From IMG/VR virus record IMGVR_UViG_3300028196_001473: a stretch of DNA of 23,394 nt; one strand, written 5' to 3'. Shown piece by piece: positions 16,308-23,394 of the stretch. This DNA comes from a virus. The notes beneath the pieces are model-generated. The model saw nothing but the letters and a program-made list of their open reading frames with translations, searched no databases and had not been told where the DNA came from. A program made the translations under genes and the position numbers. The first letter of the stretch is position 1. Every line of letters starts with the position of its first letter.

Positions 16308-17794
16308 TGAATATAGTCTACAACAAAATATTGGTATATGATCCACATGGAAGAGTGGAGTTTGTTAGTTCCAACATACCTGATTATAACATACACCCTT
16401 GGCACACCCACCCATTATTAAAGGAGGGAGATAAAGACGGAAACTTTAATAATTTAGAAGAAATTGCCAAATCCATAGGAGTTACATTCCCACTTAAAAG
16501 AAAAACAAATTTGGATAATAAAATCATGGACACCCTCATTAAATTTAGAGGTCAAAGTTTCGAGGTTTTTTTAGATCATGACTATCATAGACATAACATA
16601 TATTCAATAGACGAGATTAAAAATCTTGACATCAATTACATTTACCCGATAGTAATTTATAACAACGCATTATTTGAAAATTACGACACAATTGAATTAG
16701 ATGACCACATAATAAAAGATGCGTTAGATGGTAAGTGTAAGATATGTTTCATGCAACCAACGGAAGGTTTCTTTGGTCAGGACGACACGAACTACAAATG
16801 GTTAGATAACTTATCTAAACGTTATGGATTAGACGAAACCAACATGTATATTATAACGACTAATTTTATTGCCAAAACACGAAAAACGGAATTATCGTTA
16901 ACAGGTTATTTGGATGACAAATCCTATTCAATATTGGACTACGGTTATTTTGGTTCTAATCTATGGTTTCATAACCCCGGTCACATTACAGATCCACAGT
17001 GTGAAATAAGAGGAAGAGAAAAGTTATCGAAGTTCATAAAATGGTCATTGACTGAAAATAAAAAATACCATTTTTTAAATTTTAATAGAGTACCAAAACT
17101 ACATAGGGTTTTATTATATGGTTTTTTAAATGGTAATAAAAAATTTAAGGATAAATTTATTTCTTCTTTAGGGGGTTACGATGGTAATGATGAATACAGA
17201 TATTTTGGTTGGGTTGACGGTCAAATACCTCAAGAATATGAAAATAAATGGAAAACCACTATTAGGGATTATTATAAGGGTCACGACTCGAGAGTACACT
17301 ACTGGTACGACGAACCTGATTTAGAAAATAATAAGGCGGATAGTTTAAATACTCAAGCACACAAAGATTCTTTTGTAAATATCGTATCTGAGTCTCTAAC
17401 TCATGAAACAACGGTATTCTTTTCTGAAAAAATATATAAACCAATATTCGTCGGTCAACCATTCATATTAATGGGGAACCCAAGGTCTTTAGAGGTACTT
17501 CAAAAACAAGGTTATAAAACCTTCTCAAGGTGGTGGGACGAAAGTTATGATCAGGAGATGGATTTCTATAAGAGGATGGATAAAATATTCGATGTAATGA
17601 AAGAGATTGCCTCATGGGATATGGACAAATGTTTTAAAATAACTCAAGAGATGTTACCCACACTTATACATAATTTCAATATCCTGATGAAGGGGGAAAC
17701 TCTACAGAATTTATTTGACGTTTTAGAGGGGAAAAATGTAACATCAGTCAAAGGTCCTAAACCAACATCGACACCTCACAACAGATTAATATGA
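16307..17794 (+). CDS. Putative GT-B/GT10-like glycosyltransferase (paralogue A)
   Basis: FLNFNRVPKLHR; SFVNIVSES...FFSEKIYKPIFVGQPFILMG; WWDESYD. Resembles the GT10 F-x-x-x-x-E-N/S...Y-x-T/S-E-K...P donor-binding motif. Confidence 0.55.
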   Translation: MNIVYNKILVYDPHGRVEFVSSNIPDYNIHPWHTHPLLKEGDKDGNFNNLEEIAKSIGVTFPLKRKTNLDNKIMDTLIKFRGQSFEVFLDHDYHRHNIYSIDEIKNLDINYIYPIVIYNNALFENYDTIELDDHIIKDALDGKCKICFMQPTEGFFGQDDTNYKWLDNLSKRYGLDETNMYIITTNFIAKTRKTELSLTGYLDDKSYSILDYGYFGSNLWFHNPGHITDPQCEIRGREKLSKFIKWSLTENKKYHFLNFNRVPKLHRVLLYGFLNGNKKFKDKFISSLGGYDGNDEYRYFGWVDGQIPQEYENKWKTTIRDYYKGHDSRVHYWYDEPDLENNKADSLNTQAHKDSFVNIVSESLTHETTVFFSEKIYKPIFVGQPFILMGNPRSLEVLQKQGYKTFSRWWDESYDQEMDFYKRMDKIFDVMKEIASWDMDKCFKITQEMLPTLIHNFNILMKGETLQNLFDVLEGKNVTSVKGPKPTSTPHNRLI

Positions 17795-18789
17795 TCATTA
17801 AAAAACCGACATACATTTATAAAGGTATTAGTCACGAAACATCTGCGATGAGACCAAAGCATACTGTAGATAATGCTATGGGGTCGGAAATAATATTAAT
17901 AACTAATTATGATGTGGTCGGTGAGGACTTCTATAAGAGGTTTGATGAAATGTTAAAATTATGTCTATTAGAAAATAAAGAAATTTATTATGATTCCACA
18001 ACAGAATTATTATCTCAGGAGTTTTTACAAAGAATAAAACATTATAAGGACCTCTCACCAATTAACATTTTCACTAACGGAATTGTAGATGAATCTATTG
18101 AGGATCTCAAGGTTGTTAAAAGTAGAGGTTTAAATATTACGGTAGAACCATACTTTGTAAAACATTATGATTATTATGTACCAATTAAAAACTATAATAC
18201 ACAAAAAAAAGAGCGTAGACAGTTTCTATTACTAGGTGGTAAATCAAAAACATTTAGAACAGCACTAACATCCCTATTATATTTTGAGGGGTTAGATAAG
18301 TGTGGTTACATATCTTACTTTGGTTTTAATCCATTAGAAACTTTTACGAACGAAACTAAGGATATGTATTTTATGACGGACTCCCCAAACGAACAAAAAA
18401 GGAGAGTTCAGATTGGGTTAGAAAAAATGGGGTCAAATAAAGTGTTAGATGTAACTTCATTTAATCACAAAATATCTCATACAAGAGAGTACGACGCAAC
18501 ATACTACGATTTGGTTGACTTTGTCCTAATAATGGAAAGTGATGTTACAAATGATAGGTCATTTATTACTGAGAAAACAACTAAATGTGTGCAACAGAAT
18601 AAGAAATTTATTTTACTCTCTTCTAAAGGTATGTTAAGTAAAACTAAAAAAGAATATCAGAAGTACCATGGGTTGGATATAAGTCATTTAACAGATTGGT
18701 GTGACACATCATATGATGAAATAGAAAATGTGTGGTACAGGATAGACAAAATAGTTAAAATAGTTAAAGATGAACTTATATGTGAATGA
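17791..18789 (+). CDS. Putative GT10-like protein (paralogue B)
   Basis: FLLLGGKSKTFR; DFVLIMESD...FITEKTTKC...KFILLS; WCDTSYD. Confidence 0.5.
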   Translation: MIIKKPTYIYKGISHETSAMRPKHTVDNAMGSEIILITNYDVVGEDFYKRFDEMLKLCLLENKEIYYDSTTELLSQEFLQRIKHYKDLSPINIFTNGIVDESIEDLKVVKSRGLNITVEPYFVKHYDYYVPIKNYNTQKKERRQFLLLGGKSKTFRTALTSLLYFEGLDKCGYISYFGFNPLETFTNETKDMYFMTDSPNEQKRRVQIGLEKMGSNKVLDVTSFNHKISHTREYDATYYDLVDFVLIMESDVTNDRSFITEKTTKCVQQNKKFILLSSKGMLSKTKKEYQKYHGLDISHLTDWCDTSYDEIENVWYRIDKIVKIVKDELICE

Positions 18790-19849
18790 TGGGATAAATG
18801 AGTTAGATAAACTTAGATTTATTAGTCACTTACATGCGGCTCCCTTCATAATAGAAAATAATAAATTTAAACTTGTTAACGATATCTATGAGTGTGATAG
18901 TGTTGCGATACTATGCGATCACGGTATATACCAACAACAAGTTGATAAGATATTAGAGTATGCAAACATAAAATATGTACTTCATTTAGATATATTTCAT
19001 GTCCATGAACAAACCAGCGTTATCCCCCATTTAAATCGTATGAAATTACTATTAAGTGAAAAGGGTAAAACTCTACTTCACATTCATACAAACTTAAATA
19101 CGAAGGAAGATATATTTTACGACTTTTTATGGAATAGACAAAAATGTGCATTTACCGATTTTGAGGGTTACGGTTTAAAAAACACAGAATTTTTTGGAGA
19201 GTCCTCTAACAAAATGTTTGAACTATCCGACATAAAGAAAGTGGGGACACTTAAGAAATTTCTTTCCCCCAATAGAACCTCATTGGACAATCCCAATGAT
19301 AGAATATATAAGAGAATATCTTTAAGATATGTTTTAGAGTTGGAGGATGGATACACAAACGATCCTGATAGGGGTTTATCGTTAGAACCTCAAGAAACCC
19401 CCGATAACGAAAACTTAGTAAAGTTTGAAGCATTCAACCCCATACACAATAGGTACTACGATTCTTCATTTTTAAGTATATATGTGGAAACATTAACATA
19501 CTTAATACGAGATAAAGACAAACAAGTAAAATCTATAACCGAAAAGACTTGGAACCCTTTACTTAAAGGTCATTTTATCTTACCTTTTGGTTACTGTGGA
19601 TTAGTTAAAAATATAAGAGAATATGGTTTTTTATTGGCCGATTGGATTGATTATGGGTATGATACTATAGAAGATGATCGAGAGAGGTTTGACCATTTTA
19701 TTTATTCAGTAAAAAAAGTACTCGAATTAAGTATTGATGATTTAAATACTTTATTTAAACGAGACTTATGGATGTTAGAACATAATAGAGGTTTATTTTT
19801 TGATAAACCATTAGATAATATTTATAATAAAATAATTAAAAAAATTTAG
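18770..19849 (+). CDS. Putative GT10-like protein (paralogue C)
   Basis: KFLSPNR; SFLSIYVET...SITEKTWNPLLKGHFILPFG; WIDYGYD. Confidence 0.5.
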   Translation: MNLYVNDGINELDKLRFISHLHAAPFIIENNKFKLVNDIYECDSVAILCDHGIYQQQVDKILEYANIKYVLHLDIFHVHEQTSVIPHLNRMKLLLSEKGKTLLHIHTNLNTKEDIFYDFLWNRQKCAFTDFEGYGLKNTEFFGESSNKMFELSDIKKVGTLKKFLSPNRTSLDNPNDRIYKRISLRYVLELEDGYTNDPDRGLSLEPQETPDNENLVKFEAFNPIHNRYYDSSFLSIYVETLTYLIRDKDKQVKSITEKTWNPLLKGHFILPFGYCGLVKNIREYGFLLADWIDYGYDTIEDDRERFDHFIYSVKKVLELSIDDLNTLFKRDLWMLEHNRGLFFDKPLDNIYNKIIKKI

Positions 19850-19850
19850 T

Positions 19851-21029
19851 ATGAGAGTAGGTTTTATTGGGGTTGGTAAACTCGGAAAAGATGCGGCTGA
19901 GGTAATGGCGGAGAAACATGATGTTATAGGATATGACATAACTGAGGTACAACCCGAAAATTTTGTAATGGTCTCAACAATTAAGGAGGCCTGTGAGAAT
20001 AGGGAATTAATATTTATTGCGGTACCGACACCCCATCATCCAGACTATGACGGGAGATACCCAACATCACACTTAGAAAATAAAGACTTTAATTATAACA
20101 TAGTAAAAGAAGTGTTGGTCGAGGTTAATAAACACGTTTCTAAAGATCAACTTATTGTTTTAATATCGACAGTCTTACCCGGTACCGTCAGAAGAGAATT
20201 CATTGACTTGATACCGAATGGTAGATTTATATACAACCCATACCTAATTGCAATGGGTACGGTAAAATGGGATATGGTAAATCCTGAAATGATTATCATT
20301 GGAACAGAAGATGGTTCTAAAACGGGAGATGCAAAATTATTATTAGACTTCTATAAAACATTTATTAGTGAAGGTACAAGGTATGAACTTGGTACATGGG
20401 ACGAAGCTGAGGGAATTAAAATATTTTATAACACGTTTATCTCAACCAAAGTTGCACTGGTTAACATGATACAAGATGTTGCCGAGAAATCAGGTAATAT
20501 GAATGTAGACGTAGTTACTGGGGCGTTAGAAAGATCTACATATAGAATACTAGGTCCTGCATATATGAAGGCAGGGATGGGAGACGGTGGAGGATGTCAT
20601 CCTCGTGATAATATTGCATTAAGATACATGGCTCAAGAATTGGATTTAGGATATGACTTATTTGATGCAATTATGTTAGCGAGAGAGGTACAAGCAAAAA
20701 ACATTGCAACTAAATTGGTGATTGAATCAAACCGTCTTAATCTACCTATAATTATATTGGGTCAATCATATAAACCTGATGTTGAGTACTTAGATGGGTC
20801 CTCATCAATTTTAGTCGGACATTATTGTGAATCCGTGTACGGTAGTAAATACAAAGTACAGTATGATTTAGAGACTCCAATAAAAGGAATCTATTTGTTG
20901 GGTCATATGGGTAAACACCACGATTATGATTTCCCTGATGGTTCGGTGGTTTTAGATCCATGGAGGTCCTTTAAAACGGATAAAAAAATTAAGGTCATTC
21001 ATTATGGAAATACAAGAAAAAGAAATTAA
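19851..21029 (+). CDS. UDP-glucose/GDP-mannose dehydrogenase family protein (atypical active-site motifs)
   Basis: GFIGVGKLG Rossmann motif, IAVPTP, ISTVLPGT, EGIKIFYNTF..K, GDGGGCHPRD (catalytic Cys), LGQSYKP, VLDPW. Confidence 0.9.
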   Translation: MRVGFIGVGKLGKDAAEVMAEKHDVIGYDITEVQPENFVMVSTIKEACENRELIFIAVPTPHHPDYDGRYPTSHLENKDFNYNIVKEVLVEVNKHVSKDQLIVLISTVLPGTVRREFIDLIPNGRFIYNPYLIAMGTVKWDMVNPEMIIIGTEDGSKTGDAKLLLDFYKTFISEGTRYELGTWDEAEGIKIFYNTFISTKVALVNMIQDVAEKSGNMNVDVVTGALERSTYRILGPAYMKAGMGDGGGCHPRDNIALRYMAQELDLGYDLFDAIMLAREVQAKNIATKLVIESNRLNLPIIILGQSYKPDVEYLDGSSSILVGHYCESVYGSKYKVQYDLETPIKGIYLLGHMGKHHDYDFPDGSVVLDPWRSFKTDKKIKVIHYGNTRKRN

Positions 21030-21037
21030 AAATTCAT

Positions 21038-22699
21038 ATGTTTTCAATAGGGATATCTTGTTATTATCACGACTCGTCTTTATGTTTATTTAAAGACGGG
21101 AAATTAATATTCGCGTGTGAAGAAGAGAAATTCACAGGAGTAAAACATGACTATAGTTTTCCTAAAAATGTACTAAACTATGTTACAAAAAAGTATTCTT
21201 TAACAAAGGAAAATGTGGAGGTGGTTTGTTTTTATGAGGATGTCGAATTGAAGAGTCAAAGAGTTAAAGAATATTCAAAAAAACAATTACTAACCAAACC
21301 CCTATTATCAATTAGAAGAGTATGGGAATCTTATAGAAATAGACGAGAGTTAAAAAAACTACTACCCAATATTTCTGATAATATCTTTTTCTCAAAACAT
21401 CATCATTCACACTTATATTATTCATCATTTAGTTCTCCTTATAAAACCTCCGCAGTGGTTTCTATCGATGGTGTTGGGGAATACGACACAACAACCATAT
21501 CTAAATATGATGGGGGTGTTTTAGATGTTGAAACCATTTCATCTTACCCACATTCTTTAGGTTTATTTTATTCCGCAATGACATCCTTCTTAGGGTTTAA
21601 ACCCAATGAAGGAGAATATAAAGTTATGGGATTAACATCTTATGGGAATAAAACAAAGTTGGTTGAGAAGGTTAGTGAATTAATAAAATTCGAAAACGGA
21701 GAAATAAAATGTAATTTAAAATATTTTAATTGGCATAAATCTGATAAGATTATGTACAACTATGATTTATCTGAATTATTGGGTTTGTTACCAAGGACCC
21801 CCGATGAAAAAATAAAAAAAATACATAAAGACTTATCATATGCGGTTCAACATGTATATGAAAAGGTGTTGTTTGATCTTTTAGATTATGTTGGTAAAAA
21901 GTATCAGACAAGTAATCTATGCTTGGGTGGTGGATGTGCATATAATGGATTGGCAAATGGTAAGATATATCGAAACACCGGATTTAGGAAGGTATGGGTA
22001 CCACCAGCACCATCTGATGCGGGGTCCTCTATAGGTTCTGTAATTAATTATTATATTAATAATGGGGCGAATGTTAAGATACCTAATACCCCATTTTTAG
22101 GTCCTTCATATACCGTAAATTCAAAATCTAAGAAATACTTGGGTAATAGGAGAACCATGTATCTGAATAACCAAAATATATATAGGATAGTTGCCAAACA
22201 AATTAGAAAAGGTAAAGTCGTCGGTTGGTTTAGAAATGAAATTGAATTTGGTGCGAGAGCATTAGGGAATAGATCAATTTTGGCTGACCCAACAAATCCT
22301 AAAATGAAGGATAGGATAAATAAAATGGTAAAAAAGAGGGAAGGGTTTAGACCTTTTGCACCTATGGTGACTAAAGAAAGACAACATGAATATTTTATAA
22401 TGAATGACGATTTGAGATATATGAATCAGGTTGTTGAGGTTCGTGACCAATATAGGGACATTCTTGTCTCCACAACTCATGTTGATGGTACCGCACGAGT
22501 ACAAACAGTTTATCAAGATAATGAGATACATAATCTTTTAAGGGAATTTGAGAATTTGACATCGTACCCTATACTATTAAACACGTCATTCAACATTAAA
22601 GATAAGACTATGGTTTTAACCCCTAAAGATGCGTTAGAAACATTTGATTCAACAGATATTGATGTATTAGTCTTAAATAATATTGTAATTTTTAAATAA
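21038..22699 (+). CDS. O-carbamoyltransferase, NodU/CmcH/TobZ family
   Basis: GISCYYHDSS, EEEKF..KH, HHHSH, DGVGE, HSLGLFYS, EGEYKVMGL, GGCAYN, PAPSDAG, EFGARALGNRSILADP, KKREGFRPFAP, HVDGTARVQTV, LNTSFN. Confidence 0.95.
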   Translation: MFSIGISCYYHDSSLCLFKDGKLIFACEEEKFTGVKHDYSFPKNVLNYVTKKYSLTKENVEVVCFYEDVELKSQRVKEYSKKQLLTKPLLSIRRVWESYRNRRELKKLLPNISDNIFFSKHHHSHLYYSSFSSPYKTSAVVSIDGVGEYDTTTISKYDGGVLDVETISSYPHSLGLFYSAMTSFLGFKPNEGEYKVMGLTSYGNKTKLVEKVSELIKFENGEIKCNLKYFNWHKSDKIMYNYDLSELLGLLPRTPDEKIKKIHKDLSYAVQHVYEKVLFDLLDYVGKKYQTSNLCLGGGCAYNGLANGKIYRNTGFRKVWVPPAPSDAGSSIGSVINYYINNGANVKIPNTPFLGPSYTVNSKSKKYLGNRRTMYLNNQNIYRIVAKQIRKGKVVGWFRNEIEFGARALGNRSILADPTNPKMKDRINKMVKKREGFRPFAPMVTKERQHEYFIMNDDLRYMNQVVEVRDQYRDILVSTTHVDGTARVQTVYQDNEIHNLLREFENLTSYPILLNTSFNIKDKTMVLTPKDALETFDSTDIDVLVLNNIVIFK

Positions 22700-22818
22700 T
22701 GTTTAGAAAAATAATTAGATGGTTTAAAGACCGTAAAGAAAAAAAGAAATTAGAAAAACGGTTCAAGGAAAAAATGAAGAAGTTGAAGGATAGAGACCCA
22801 TTTTTTTACAAACATTAA
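22699..22818 (+). CDS. 39-aa highly basic peptide not in the supplied track (MFRKIIRWFKDRKEKKKLEKRFKEKMKKLKDRDPFFYKH)
   Basis: TAATG overlap with the carbamoyltransferase stop, and a single base separates its stop from the next ATG (22820). C-terminal DPFFY motif. Confidence 0.7.
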   Translation: MFRKIIRWFKDRKEKKKLEKRFKEKMKKLKDRDPFFYKH

Positions 22819-22819
22819 T

Positions 22820-23394
22820 ATGAAGGTTGTACATACATATGTGGATAAGATAGGTATAATATGGAAAGAATTATTATACACACAATATCTCAGTGCCATA
22901 TTAGCAAAAAAACATTACGGTAATATAACTTTTTATGGTGACGTTGAGGAATGCAGACAAGTTATTGACTTAGGTTTACCTTATGATGAGGTGAACGATA
23001 AAATAGTGAAGAGAGTGGACTCAAATACATGGAGTATACCCAAATTAAAAGTGTACGAATCAATGAATGAATCTTTTCTACATATTGATACCGACACACT
23101 ACTATTTAATAAAATAATATTTGATACATATGATCAAAATTATCTGTTCAGTCACATAGATATGCACACACCGTCAGATTTGTCTAAGAACGAACTTATA
23201 TCTGAACTTTATAAATATTACTCTAATCCACCCTATAAAAATCCTGAAAACATTAAGAATAAAAATAATTACTTTTATATTAATAAAACATATTCAAAAC
23301 TATTCTTTGATCTAATTTTTTCAAAAGAAAATGGGAGTACCCTATTCGATTCTTACGGGTCTTTTGAAACAATTCCAAACATGAACATCGTTTA
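22820..23394 (+). CDS. DUF6734-like / GT-A-like protein, 3'-truncated, not in the supplied track
   Basis: Open from ATG 22820 to the window end: MKVVHTY...YLSAILAKKHYGNITFYGD...LGLPYDEV...WSIPKLKVY...FLHIDTD (DxD). The pattern is recalled as DUF6734-like. Confidence 0.7.
   Translation, partial: MKVVHTYVDKIGIIWKELLYTQYLSAILAKKHYGNITFYGDVEECRQVIDLGLPYDEVNDKIVKRVDSNTWSIPKLKVYESMNESFLHIDTDTLLFNKIIFDTYDQNYLFSHIDMHTPSDLSKNELISELYKYYSNPPYKNPENIKNKNNYFYINKTYSKLFFDLIFSKENGSTLFDSYGSFETIPNMNIV

Larger units (their letters stand above)
1..23394 (+). mobile_element. Segment of a probable large tailed bacteriophage genome (tail fibre/lectin module plus glycosylation island)
   Basis: S74-chaperone tail fibre, tandem LamG proteins, all genes co-oriented and tightly packed with overlapping stop/start codons, no housekeeping genes. 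No capsid, terminase or integrase in the window, so this is an inference. Confidence 0.8.

Noticed and set aside
620-22531. All minus-strand ORFs in the track (60-97 aa) and the short alternative-frame plus-strand ORFs at 13685 and 15151
   Set aside because: They lie antisense to, or nested in, longer or better-supported ORFs in a uniformly + strand region and show no recognisable motifs; they are shadow ORFs.
21038-22699. DNA hypermodification (carbamoylation/glycosylation of hydroxymethyl-pyrimidines) as the role of the island
   Set aside because: No thymidylate-synthase-like hydroxymethylase, TET/JBP dioxygenase, nucleotide kinase or replication gene in the window, and the neighbours are lectin-bearing GTs. 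Not excluded genome-wide, but unsupported here.
1-23394. Stop-codon reassignment (TAG or TGA recoding) as seen in some large phages
   Set aside because: Genes are full length under the standard code, coding density is near complete, and TAG, TGA and TAA all end genes at sensible domain ends.

Overview
This AT-rich window is densely packed, with every credible gene on the + strand and frequent ATGA/TAATG stop-start overlaps. It looks like part of a large tailed-phage genome; no capsid, terminase or integrase gene is in view, so this is inferred from gene content. Module 1 (1-9550) is structural/receptor-binding. It holds the 3' end of a tail fibre with a Peptidase_S74 intramolecular chaperone, then six paralogous LamG/ConA-like lectin genes that share N- and C-terminal caps but carry different inserted domains, interleaved with small ORFs and one GT-A glycosyltransferase. 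Module 2 (9589 to the end) is a glycan synthesis/decoration island behind a sigma70-like promoter. It encodes several GT-A proteins, a class I methyltransferase, two GT7 (beta-1,4-galactosyltransferase-like) paralogues, an N-terminal-Twitch radical SAM enzyme, three GT10-like paralogues, an atypical UDP-glucose-dehydrogenase-family enzyme, a NodU/CmcH carbamoyltransferase with a coupled 39-aa peptide, and a truncated DUF6734-like ORF. The most striking observation is that each GT7 has a LamG-like lectin domain inserted inside its catalytic domain, so the same lectin fold appears in both putative virion adhesins and glycan-writing enzymes. All family assignments come from motif recognition by eye, not from database searches.
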